Part shown: in pieces, positions 1 through 7,630 of the stretch
Position numbering within the stretch: the first letter of the stretch is position 1
How the letters are laid out: every line of letters starts with the position of its first letter
Origin: Candidatus Saccharimonadota bacterium
GTDB lineage: Bacteria; Patescibacteriota; Patescibacteriia; 2-12-FULL-60-25
Assembly (NCBI GenBank): GCA_022843095.1
Contig: JALHOH010000001.1
Coordinates: 60,001-92,000, forward strand
Length of the DNA stretch: 32,000 nt
Direction: 5' to 3'
Program-made: the position numbers and the translations under genes
The notes under the pieces: generated by a model
What the model was told of the DNA's origin: nothing
Database searches by the model: none
The model's input: the letters and a program-made list of their open reading frames with translations, nothing else

Positions 1-1
1 G

Positions 2-406
2 GCAGCGACCATCTTTCCGGGCAATACGTTTTCCCTCAAAGATCAGCGTCCCGCAGGAGAATCTGGCTATGAAATCCTTTCCGCCTGCTATTGGATCGCC
101 TCCACGACGCAACCCGTCATCCCAGCGTATGTCGACCTCACGTCACGGACAAACGTCTCTGAAAAACGCGCTACGGATTTCTTAGCCACGCGACTGGACC
201 TCGCGCGTGAAAGTGGACGAACCTACCGACTGGAGCCATCCCTCGGGAAAGATGCGTTTGTCACCTCACATAACGTCTACGGAGTGCGTACGATCATCGT
301 GGAGTTCGTGAAAGGAACAACCTACTACGAACTCAAAGGATCGGCGACGGGGAAGGAAGAAGCCGCCATCGCAAACGCGCTCATCACCTTTGCAAAAAGC
401 CTGTAG
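2..406 (+). CDS. hypothetical protein, C-terminal part (5' end outside window)
   Basis: The frame is open from the window edge for 134 codons to TAG 404-406 (...YWIASTTQPVIPAYVDL...GKEEAAIANALITFAKSL*). It is absent from the ORF track because it has no in-window start. No motif recognised. Confidence 0.45.
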   Translation, partial: AATIFPGNTFSLKDQRPAGESGYEILSACYWIASTTQPVIPAYVDLTSRTNVSEKRATDFLATRLDLARESGRTYRLEPSLGKDAFVTSHNVYGVRTIIVEFVKGTTYYELKGSATGKEEAAIANALITFAKSL

Positions 407-428
407 CGACTGTGATACACTCGGACAT

Positions 429-992
429 ATGGATCCGAGTGTATTGCGTTCCGGGTTGATCGCGGTTCATTTGTTTGGGCTGGCACTCGGCGCCGGCGGA
501 GCGTTTGTTTCCGACGCGCTCTTTTTGCATCTCATCCGCGATAAAAAATTGCAGCGTCATGAAATCGCCATCCTCCGCATCACCTCCAAACTCGTGTGGG
601 CTGGTCTCTTCCTTCTCGTCGTGTCAGGCATCGGGCTCTTCCTGCAAGATCCCGAACGCTTGCTGCAAAGCAGTAAATTCTTGGCAAAGATGATCATCGT
701 CTTCATCCTCACAGCGAACGGCCTGATCTTCCATAACGTCCATCTTCCCTTTTTTGATGCCCTCCAAGGCAAGGCGCTGGCTCGTACGCCCGGTATGTTG
801 CGCGCACGGCGCTGGCTTTCCGTTTCTGGGGCCATTTCGGGCACATCTTGGACGGCTGCGCTGATTCTGGGTTCCTTAAAACAGGTCCCCTTTGCCGCCT
901 CAGAAATCCTGACTATCTACGCCCTTGTGGTCGGGTGCGCCTGTGCGATCGCACTCGCGATCGAAGAATGGTTGATCCCGATGAAACGCTAA
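429..992 (+). CDS. integral membrane protein, about 5 TM helices, function unknown
   Basis: The track ORF 390-992 opens with TTG; the first ATG is at 429 (MDPSVL...). Five hydrophobic stretches, e.g. LIAVHLFGLALGAGGAFV, LVWAGLFLLVVSGIGLFL, MIIVFILTANGLIF, ILTIYALVVGCACAIALAI. Its end overlaps the convergent gene by 4 nt. Confidence 0.6.
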   Translation: MDPSVLRSGLIAVHLFGLALGAGGAFVSDALFLHLIRDKKLQRHEIAILRITSKLVWAGLFLLVVSGIGLFLQDPERLLQSSKFLAKMIIVFILTANGLIFHNVHLPFFDALQGKALARTPGMLRARRWLSVSGAISGTSWTAALILGSLKQVPFAASEILTIYALVVGCACAIALAIEEWLIPMKR

Positions 993-1981
993 CGCAACAA
1001 CGCCTCCATCACATTCCGATACAGCGCCTTCACGCGCTGTTTTTGGATTGCGCCAATCGTTGCATAATTATCCAATCCAGGAGCCGCGTTCACTTCGATC
1101 ACCACATATTCCTGCGGAGGCGCATCCAATCCCTGCTCTGTCATCACATCGATGCCGATGTACCGCAAATTCATGTCTCGCGCGATGCGCGCTGCAAGCG
1201 CACACCACTCCGAATGGAGTCTCTCGGTCACATCCACCGCCATTCCCCCGGAAGATAGATTTGCATTTGGGAGAAGCGTCCACGTCAGACCCTTGGGCGG
1301 GATGCTCTCCTGTGTCGCGCCTCGATGCGCAAGTTCACGCGTGATGCGTGGATCATCTAGCGAAAGACAGGTATCCCGGCCATCACGCACAAATTGTTCC
1401 TGTAACGCCTGAAGCAAGGCGCGGACCGTCCGGATCCCATCCCCCGTGACCTGCAGCGGACGACGTTCGTATGCAGAGATCACGACGCCATCCAGAACGA
1501 CGATCCGATAGTCCCTCCCCATGACCCGCTTCTGCACAAGTACGACGCGTTCGTGATGCGCGGCCTGCGCGAACGCGGCGGCAAATTCCTGCCCCGAACG
1601 CACCAACGACACGCCGTGCCCCTGACTTTTGCTATTCGGTTTCACGATGACCGGATACCCCAGCCGCTCCGCATACACCTGCGCCCGCTCCGGCGTCCGA
1701 TCGCTTCCGATGGTTGCCGCCCATGCCGTCGTATAAAAGGCCTCGCCCTCCGGCACGGGATAGCCTGCGTCCTTCAAAAAAAAGGCGGCGTAATCTTTAT
1801 CTTTCGCGATCTCCACCGAACCCGCGGCGTTTAAATCAAGCACCGTATTCCGAAAAAAACGCGTCCGTCCGTCCGGCGTCCGCAAACGTGCCACATACCC
1901 CCAGGTTGGCTCAATCAGCAGATCCACCCGCATCTCGTCCGCAATCTCCCGCATCAAATCCAGGATGAGGCTTTTGCTCAT
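989..1981 (-). CDS. ATP-grasp family ligase (RimK / cyanophycin-synthetase-like)
   Basis: 330-aa ORF with an ATG start. ATP-grasp hallmarks are GYPVIVKPNSKSQGHGV (phosphate-binding strand-loop), YRIVVLDGVV and a C-terminal VVIEVNAAPGL (E-x-N Mg-ATP motif). The substrate cannot be inferred. Confidence 0.7.
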   Translation of the reverse strand: MSKSLILDLMREIADEMRVDLLIEPTWGYVARLRTPDGRTRFFRNTVLDLNAAGSVEIAKDKDYAAFFLKDAGYPVPEGEAFYTTAWAATIGSDRTPERAQVYAERLGYPVIVKPNSKSQGHGVSLVRSGQEFAAAFAQAAHHERVVLVQKRVMGRDYRIVVLDGVVISAYERRPLQVTGDGIRTVRALLQALQEQFVRDGRDTCLSLDDPRITRELAHRGATQESIPPKGLTWTLLPNANLSSGGMAVDVTERLHSEWCALAARIARDMNLRYIGIDVMTEQGLDAPPQEYVVIEVNAAPGLDNYATIGAIQKQRVKALYRNVMEALLR

Positions 1982-2024
1982 AGATTGCCGGGATTGTTAC
2001 CGCGAACGAAAAGGAAACGCAAAC

Positions 2025-2050
2025 AAAAACCTCCCGATGGGGAGGTTTTT
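2025..2050 (-). terminator. intrinsic terminator closing the tRNA-Glu transcription unit
   Basis: Perfect hairpin AAAAACCTCCC-GATG-GGGAGGTTTTT. Read on the minus strand, the stem is followed by TTTTTGTTTG. Confidence 0.7.
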
Positions 2051-2053
2051 GTA

Positions 2054-2074
2054 TTGGTAGCTCCTAGGGGAATC
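2054..2074 (-). repeat. 21-nt exact duplicate of the tRNA-Glu 3' end (T-loop to CCA)
   Basis: TTGGTAGCTCCTAGGGGAATC occurs at 2054-2074 and again at 2228-2248, inside and abutting the tRNA. The copies are a direct repeat 174 bp apart. Confidence 0.9.
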
Positions 2075-2228
2075 CTGCTCCCTCGTGCCTCGGGGAATCA
2101 GCGACAACCTCGGCACTCATCCGCAACCGGGGTTTCAGGAAAGTGAATACGTTCACTTCCCTGAATACCCTTCGATTCCATCCAGAAATTACCAACAAAA
2201 TACCCCACCGTTTGGTGGAGTGCTTTGT

Positions 2229-2303
2229 TGGTAGCTCCTAGGGGAATCGAACCCCTGTTAACGGCTTGAAAAGCCGCTGTCCTAACCGTTAGACGAAGGA
2301 GCC
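2229..2303 (-). tRNA. tRNA-Glu (anticodon UUC), CCA encoded
   Basis: Minus strand reads GGCTCCTTCGTCTAACGGTTAGGACAGCGGCTTTTCAAGCCGTTAACAGGGGTTCGATTCCCCTAGGAGCTACCA. It has a 7-bp acceptor stem (G1-U72 wobble), U8, A14, GG in the D-loop, anticodon stem GCGGC/GCCGT with loop TTTTCAA (anticodon TTC), and T-arm AGGGG-TTCGATT-CCCCT. Confidence 0.9.
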
Positions 2304-2313
2304 AAGCGGCACC

Positions 2314-2342
2314 AGAATACGTCGTGATGGAGAAGGCGTCAA
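2314..2342 (-). promoter_or_regulatory. putative sigma70-type promoter for tRNA-Glu
   Basis: Minus strand reads TTGACG (2342-2337), a 17-nt spacer, then TATTCT (2319-2314). The -10 element ends 10 nt before tRNA position +1. Confidence 0.45.
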
Positions 2343-2368
2343 GATGCGGAATTTGGTACACTGACCCC

Positions 2369-3307
2369 ATGGCTCTCGTCCTCTTTGCCGCTGCCGCGCT
2401 GATCCCGCTCTTCTATTTGCTTGGCCTTGCGGCGGACGTGCTCGTGTCACGTACGCGGATGCTTGGCCTTGCGGCGGGTATTCGTGTCGGACTCCTTGGG
2501 ATCCTCCTAGGTCTCTTTACGTCCGCACCGGAGCTCATGATCGGCCTCGCATCCCTCTCCGAAGGGATCCCTTCCGTTTCCGTCGGCAATCTTCTGGGTG
2601 GCATCGTGATGCTCTTTGGGGTCGTCCTTGGACTAAATGCGATCTGGCAACGCCGTATCCGCGTTGGCACCTCTGGAGCCGCGATCGCTCTACCGGCACT
2701 CGCCTTTCTTGCCCCGCTTCCACTTGGATTTGACGGCACGCTCTCAAACTTCGATGGAATGCTCCTCATCGGCGTCTATCTCGCGGCCTTTGCCTGGATC
2801 AATCGCCACGTCGTAGACGGGATGCACTTCCAACTTCCCTCCATCGTCTCCTCTCGCCGCCGCGCCAACGATCTGCTCGCCATCCTCGCATCCATTACCG
2901 CCATCCTCCTACTCTCCGACGGGATCGTATCGCTCGTCCACTGGCTACTCCACCGCATCCCTGTCCCAGAATATCTCGTCGGACTTATCGTGATCTCCGT
3001 CGGAACCAACTTGCCCGAAATGATCGTCGCGTTCCAATCCGGACGCAAACACATGGGAGAACTCTCCTTCATGCATCTGTTTAGCTCTGCGCTTGCGAAC
3101 ATCGGCCTCCTTGGAGCCTTCGCCCTCTTTTCCCCGCTCCCGTTCCCCCAAGGGACGGCGTACCTGCTGCTCATTCCCGTCCTCCTTGCCCTGGCTGCAC
3201 TTCTCCCCGTGTTCGCACGCACAGAAGGGATGATTACGCGGCGTGAAGGGGGGATTTTATTGCTGCTCGCCGTCCTGTTCTTTGCCTGCTCCGCCTTTGT
3301 CACCTAG
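2369..3307 (+). CDS. Ca2+/cation antiporter (CaCA, YrbG-like Na_Ca_ex family)
   Basis: Polytopic membrane ORF with the two CaCA alpha-repeat signatures FTSAPELMIGL and GTNLPEMIVAF. The track start at 2324 is GTG and would overlap the tRNA promoter. ATG 2369 (MALVLF...) is preferred. Confidence 0.75.
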   Translation: MALVLFAAAALIPLFYLLGLAADVLVSRTRMLGLAAGIRVGLLGILLGLFTSAPELMIGLASLSEGIPSVSVGNLLGGIVMLFGVVLGLNAIWQRRIRVGTSGAAIALPALAFLAPLPLGFDGTLSNFDGMLLIGVYLAAFAWINRHVVDGMHFQLPSIVSSRRRANDLLAILASITAILLLSDGIVSLVHWLLHRIPVPEYLVGLIVISVGTNLPEMIVAFQSGRKHMGELSFMHLFSSALANIGLLGAFALFSPLPFPQGTAYLLLIPVLLALAALLPVFARTEGMITRREGGILLLLAVLFFACSAFVT

Positions 3308-3309
3308 GT

Positions 3310-5859
3310 ATGCCCGCCCCTTCTTCATTTCTCCCCTGGAACTCTTCCGGTGCTGCCGTCTTGTCCGAGCTCGGTACGCAACGGAACGGGCTTGCCGAAT
3401 CCGAAATCCCCGGACGAAAGCAACGATTTGGATCAAATACCCTTACCGCACACACCCATCGTTCGCCGTGGAAAATCCTCCTCCAGCAATTCACGAGCCC
3501 GCTTATTTTGATCTTGCTTGTCGCCTCGGGCGTCACGGCGTTTTTGGAGACCTACAAAGACAGCATCGTGCTACTCGCAACCGTGCTCGCAAATGCCGCC
3601 CTTGGATATTGGCAGGAGGCAAAAGCAGAGCAAGCGATCCAGCACCTGACCAAATACGTCCGCGTGCGCGCGCGTGTGCGACGCGATGGACGAGAATATG
3701 AAGTAGACGCCGAAGCGCTGGTGCCCGGTGATATCATCCGCCTGACCCAAGGCGAACGTGTTCCGGCCGACGTGCGACTCCTCACCGTAAACCGATTGCA
3801 CGTGGATGAATCCGTGCTGACCGGGGAATCACTTCCCGCGGAAAAACAAACCGAACCGCTTCCCGCGCAAACCGCGTTAGGCGATCGTACGAACATGGCG
3901 TTTCTTGGCACCATCGTGTCCGAAGGATATGCCGACGGCGTCGTGGTCGCGACCGGGAACGCAACCGCGTTTGGACGTGTCGCCACGTTGACCGTCAACA
4001 CCACGCCCCAACTCACCCCGCTGCAACGCGCGGTGCGACGGTTCGCGCTCTACGTCACTGGTTTTCTGCTCTTCCTGGTCGCAGGCGTGTTCACCCTGGG
4101 CGTCCTTCGTGGTCAACCCTTGTCCGAAATGCTCCTCATCGCCGTCGCCCTTGCCGCGTCGGCCGTTCCAGAGGGACTTCCCATCACGCTCACCGTCATT
4201 CTTGCCGTAGGCGTCGAACGACTCGCCAAACGAAATGCAATCGTGCGCAAACTGCTTGCCGGCGAAACACTTGGATCTACAAGCGTCATCCTGACGGATA
4301 AAACCGGCACGTTGACTGAAGCAAAGATGACGCTAACACGCGTCCAACCTGCTGCCGATATCCCTCAAGAAACCCTGTTACGTCACGCCCTCTCGTGTGT
4401 GGATGTGGTCATCGAGAATCCGGAGGCAGCCTCGACGGAATGGACCCTGCTCGGCCGACCCATGGAACAGTCTCTTGTGCGTGAAGCCATGCGTTTTGGC
4501 GCGGATTATCGCACCGTCACCCCGCTTGTTCATGATCGCATTCCGTTTACAAGCGCACGCAAGTCGTCCGGATGCACCACGTCCGCAAGCGGCGCACAAC
4601 GCGAAGTACGCATGGGTGCACCGGAATTCATCTTTTCGCTTGCGCGTCTCCCTCGTGAATCGCTGGAAGCCTGGAAAACAATCATCGCGACGTACACGGA
4701 ATCAGGCGAACGCATGATCGCCGTTGCAAGTGCCGCACCAAAATCTGACACCTGGACACTAGAGGGGGTACTTGGATTTCGCGATCCCGTCCGCGCCTCT
4801 GTGCCCGCTGCGGTTGCTCGCATCCAGGCTGCCGGAGTTCGCACGGTCATCGTGACCGGCGATCACCCGGGAACCGCACGCGCCATCGGAGAAGAAACAG
4901 GGATTCTTCCCAACGATGCGCCCGGACATGCGGTGATGACGGCAGAACAATGGGAGTCGCTGGATCCGCGCAATCGCAAAATGGCCGTCGAACGGGTGCA
5001 GGTATTTGCGCGTGTGGCTCCGGAGCAAAAAGCGGCGCTCGTGAAAACGTTTTTAGCAAACGGCCACGTCGTTGCCGTGACAGGAGACGGTGTAAATGAC
5101 GGTCCAGCACTTGAAGCCGCTGATATCGGCGTCGCCGTTGGCTCTGGGACCGATGTCGCCAAAGACGTCGCCGATTTGGTGATTCTGGATGACAACTTTG
5201 AAAGCATCGTCACGGCCATCGAAGAAGGACGACGTATTTTGGGCAACATGCGGACGTCCATCGTCTTCCTGCTTTCCGATGCCTTCACGACCCTGACCCT
5301 AACCGGCGGCGCGCTCCTTCTTGGCATCCCCCTCCCCCTACTCCCGCTCCAAATTCTGTACATCAACTTCTTTTCCGATAGCTTCCCCGCCATCGCGTAC
5401 GCCTTTGAGCGCTCCGGTGGGTTACGCACGCGTCGGGATGTCCGCATTCCGGATGCTCAAATGGGATTCTTGATCCTCATCAATTCACTGGCGATGAGTA
5501 CGTTTCTGTTTATCCTGTATCTCTATCTCCAGGGAACCGGACAAGATGCGGCGCTGACCAACACCATCGTCTTCGCCTCATACGGGATCGGGACCATGAT
5601 GTCCGCGATTGGATTCCGCAACCTGGACCGTCCGTTCTGGACGCTTTCGCTACGCGATAACCCTGTGCTCGTGTCCGCGGTCGTCTTTGGCGTCCTCCTC
5701 ATGATCGCTGGGGTCTATCTTCCGCTGGCACAATCCTTTCTCAATACGGTCGCCATTCCGGCGCGGTATCTTTGGATCGTGGCCGGATGCGCCGTCCTTG
5801 AACTCTGCTACCTGGAAACGGCGAAGTGGGCATTTACGCATGCTCGCCGGGACGCATAA
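3310..5859 (+). CDS. P-type (P2, Ca2+-ATPase-like) cation-transporting ATPase
   Basis: 849 aa carrying LTGESLP (TGES), ILTDKTGTLTE (DKTGT), AVPEGLPITL (PEGL in TM4), VTGDHPGTA and VTGDGVNDGPAL. The ATG lies 2 nt after the CaCA stop. Confidence 0.9.
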   Translation: MPAPSSFLPWNSSGAAVLSELGTQRNGLAESEIPGRKQRFGSNTLTAHTHRSPWKILLQQFTSPLILILLVASGVTAFLETYKDSIVLLATVLANAALGYWQEAKAEQAIQHLTKYVRVRARVRRDGREYEVDAEALVPGDIIRLTQGERVPADVRLLTVNRLHVDESVLTGESLPAEKQTEPLPAQTALGDRTNMAFLGTIVSEGYADGVVVATGNATAFGRVATLTVNTTPQLTPLQRAVRRFALYVTGFLLFLVAGVFTLGVLRGQPLSEMLLIAVALAASAVPEGLPITLTVILAVGVERLAKRNAIVRKLLAGETLGSTSVILTDKTGTLTEAKMTLTRVQPAADIPQETLLRHALSCVDVVIENPEAASTEWTLLGRPMEQSLVREAMRFGADYRTVTPLVHDRIPFTSARKSSGCTTSASGAQREVRMGAPEFIFSLARLPRESLEAWKTIIATYTESGERMIAVASAAPKSDTWTLEGVLGFRDPVRASVPAAVARIQAAGVRTVIVTGDHPGTARAIGEETGILPNDAPGHAVMTAEQWESLDPRNRKMAVERVQVFARVAPEQKAALVKTFLANGHVVAVTGDGVNDGPALEAADIGVAVGSGTDVAKDVADLVILDDNFESIVTAIEEGRRILGNMRTSIVFLLSDAFTTLTLTGGALLLGIPLPLLPLQILYINFFSDSFPAIAYAFERSGGLRTRRDVRIPDAQMGFLILINSLAMSTFLFILYLYLQGTGQDAALTNTIVFASYGIGTMMSAIGFRNLDRPFWTLSLRDNPVLVSAVVFGVLLMIAGVYLPLAQSFLNTVAIPARYLWIVAGCAVLELCYLETAKWAFTHARRDA

Positions 5860-6553
5860 GCGACGCCCGCCACGCGGCGATCTTCGCATGGTCTCCGGAC
5901 AACAGCTCTTTGGGGACGCGCCACGTTTTTTTGCCGACCGGATAGTCCGCCGGACGGGTGTATTGCGGATACTCCAGCACGCCCGGTTCGGTGTGTGATT
6001 CCGCTTCAAGCGAGGCGCCCTTCCCCAAGACCCCTGGAATCAAACGCGCCACGGCATCTGCCATCACAAGCGCGGGCAATTCTCCACCGGTCAACACATA
6101 GGGACCGATGCAATACTCCTCATCCGCAAGATGGGCGGCCACACGTTCATCAATCCCCTCGTACCGCCCACACAAAAAGACCAAGCGATCGTAGGTCGCA
6201 AGGCGCATCGCCTCCTGCTGCGTAAATGGTTTCCCCTTTGCACTCGTCACGATCACGCGCGCACGTTTTGCTGCGATGGTTTTGCTCCCATCTTTTTTTC
6301 GGAGCTTGAGTGCCACAAGCGCTTCATGGAACGGCGCAACCTTCATCACCATCCCAGGCCCCCCGCCGAATGGCTTATCATCCACGGTGTGATGCGCGTC
6401 ATGCGTCCAATCGCGGAGGTTATGGGCACGCAAATCCAATTTCTTTTTTTCCATTCCGCGTCCAAGGATAGATCCACGCAAATACGGCTCCACCATCTCG
6501 GGAAAAATGGTCAGCACATCCACGCGCAATCGCGACACGGGTGATCGAGGCAT
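5834..6553 (-). CDS. trmD: tRNA (guanine37-N1)-methyltransferase
   Basis: VDVLTIFPEM..., HHTVDDKPFGGGPGMVM, LVFLCGRYEGIDERV, IGPYVLTGGELPALVMADAV and LEYPQYTRP match TrmD. ATG 6553 is preferred over the track's GTG at 6592. The 3' end overlaps the ATPase gene by 26 nt. Confidence 0.95.
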   Translation of the reverse strand: MPRSPVSRLRVDVLTIFPEMVEPYLRGSILGRGMEKKKLDLRAHNLRDWTHDAHHTVDDKPFGGGPGMVMKVAPFHEALVALKLRKKDGSKTIAAKRARVIVTSAKGKPFTQQEAMRLATYDRLVFLCGRYEGIDERVAAHLADEEYCIGPYVLTGGELPALVMADAVARLIPGVLGKGASLEAESHTEPGVLEYPQYTRPADYPVGKKTWRVPKELLSGDHAKIAAWRASLMRPGEHA

Positions 6554-6610
6554 AGCTCCTGTGAGCGTACGCAATACCTGGAAGATTGTCACGCTTCCTG
6601 ACGACGGACA

Positions 6611-6636
6611 AAAAAACTGCCCGAAGGCAGTTTTTT
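6611..6636 (-). terminator. intrinsic terminator between khpA-like gene and trmD
   Basis: AAAAAACTGCC-CGAA-GGCAGTTTTTT starts 2 nt after the khpA-like stop. On the minus strand the stem is followed by a T-run. Confidence 0.65.
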
Positions 6637-6637
6637 C

Positions 6638-7024
6638 TTACAATCCGAGATCGCTCAGATCCGTGTCCGTCACGAGCCCGGCGTCCCCGTGCGTGCGAGC
6701 AGGGTGCGCAGGCGCCCCCATGTCTCCTCCGCCCATGGACATCTTCTTTTCCTGGTGCGAACGGCGCGCGTCTTCCGGTTCGTAAATCTTCATGTTCACG
6801 CGGGCATTTTGCTTTGCCCCAACCCCCTTCAAGAGGATGCGGAGCGCGCGAGCCATCTGGCCGTCGCGGCCAATGACATAGCCCATGTCTTCAGGGTTTA
6901 CATGCAACGTAAGGAGAACACCCCGTTCATCCACCGTCCGTTCGACCTTCACGTCGTCCGGCCGATTCACAATCGACTTCACCATGTACTCCAGGAACTG
7001 CTGTTCCTGATGCGATTCTGCCAT
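6638..7024 (-). CDS. khpA: KH-domain RNA-binding protein (KhpA/YlqC family) with C-terminal extension
   Basis: LEYMVKSIVNRPDDVKVERTVDERGVLLTLHVNPEDMGYVIGRDGQMARALRILLKG is the KhpA/YlqC pattern including the GxxG loop (IGRDG). ATG 7024 is preferred. The upstream 46 codons of track ORF 6638-7162 look non-coding. Confidence 0.8.
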   Translation of the reverse strand: MAESHQEQQFLEYMVKSIVNRPDDVKVERTVDERGVLLTLHVNPEDMGYVIGRDGQMARALRILLKGVGAKQNARVNMKIYEPEDARRSHQEKKMSMGGGDMGAPAHPARTHGDAGLVTDTDLSDLGL

Positions 7025-7124
7025 AGCGGCATTGTCATCCGTCCACGTGAGGCATCGGAAATCCTTCTGCCCTCCGCACCCGGATATGCGACAAAGTGTT
7101 AAACCCCATTGCTGGGTTGTAGAC

Positions 7125-7153
7125 AATCTAGCGTAGAAGTAGGCAAAAATCAA
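7125..7153 (-). promoter_or_regulatory. putative promoter for khpA-like gene
   Basis: Minus strand reads TTGATT, a 17-nt spacer, then TAGATT. It sits back to back with the rpsP promoter. Confidence 0.35.
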
Positions 7154-7177
7154 GATATCCATCTTTTTTTGGCCAAC

Positions 7178-7206
7178 TTGACAGAAAAAACGAACCGCCC
7201 TATCCT
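7178..7206 (+). promoter_or_regulatory. putative promoter for rpsP
   Basis: TTGACA (7178-7183), a 17-nt spacer, then TATCCT (7201-7206), about 70 nt upstream of the rpsP ATG. Confidence 0.4.
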
Positions 7207-7277
7207 CTGGCCATGCTCAAGGCATGGGATGCCTGGAATCATCCCGCCTTTGATCTCATTTCACTGAATTCTCCACC

Positions 7278-7589
7278 ATGTTGACCATCCGTCTTTCCCG
7301 CGTTGGGAAAAACAAGCAGCCGACGTACCGCGTGATCGTAAGCGAAAAAGGACGCGATCCGTGGGGCAAGGCTCTCGAATATCTCGGTTTGTACCAGCCG
7401 AAATTCAACCCCGCCAAGCTTGAGCTGAACAAAGAACGCATTGCGTACTGGCTCTCGAAGGGCGCGCAGTGCTCGGAAACGATCTGGAACCTCTTCGTGG
7501 ATCAGAAGATCGTCACCGGCGAAAAGCACCGTCTCTCCTCGATGTCCAAGCGCCACGTCGCACGCATCGAAAAGAAGGCCAAGGCGTAA
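7278..7589 (+). CDS. rpsP: 30S ribosomal protein S16
   Basis: MLTIRLSRVGKNKQPTYRVIVSEKGRDPWGKALEYLGLYQP... is the canonical S16 N-terminus. 103 aa with a basic tail. Confidence 0.95.
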   Translation: MLTIRLSRVGKNKQPTYRVIVSEKGRDPWGKALEYLGLYQPKFNPAKLELNKERIAYWLSKGAQCSETIWNLFVDQKIVTGEKHRLSSMSKRHVARIEKKAKA

Positions 7590-7600
7590 GCAACACAACA

Positions 7601-7630
7601 ACACCGCAGCCAACGCTGCGGTGTTTTGTT
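7601..7630. terminator. bidirectional intrinsic terminator (rpsP / pif1-like convergent junction)
   Basis: ACACCGCAG-CCAACG-CTGCGGTGT (9-bp stem) followed by TTTGTT. It abuts the TAA of the minus-strand helicase gene. Confidence 0.65.

Noticed and set aside
2055-2228. Idea that the spacer after tRNA-Glu is a second tRNA, a tRNA intron or a tmRNA
   Set aside because: I could find no 5' acceptor strand complementary to AGGAGC, no D-arm or anticodon arm, and only a poor T-stem. It has no tmRNA-like 5' GGGG start or tag reading frame.
2098-2370. 90-aa minus-strand ORF
   Set aside because: It runs straight through tRNA-Glu and its promoter, so it is an artefact.
7025-7162. 46-codon N-terminal extension of the khpA-like ORF
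   Set aside because: The extension (MDILIFAYFYARLSTTQQWGL...) is absent from KhpA/YlqC proteins as I recall them and covers the promoter-like elements. The KH homology starts right after ATG 7024.
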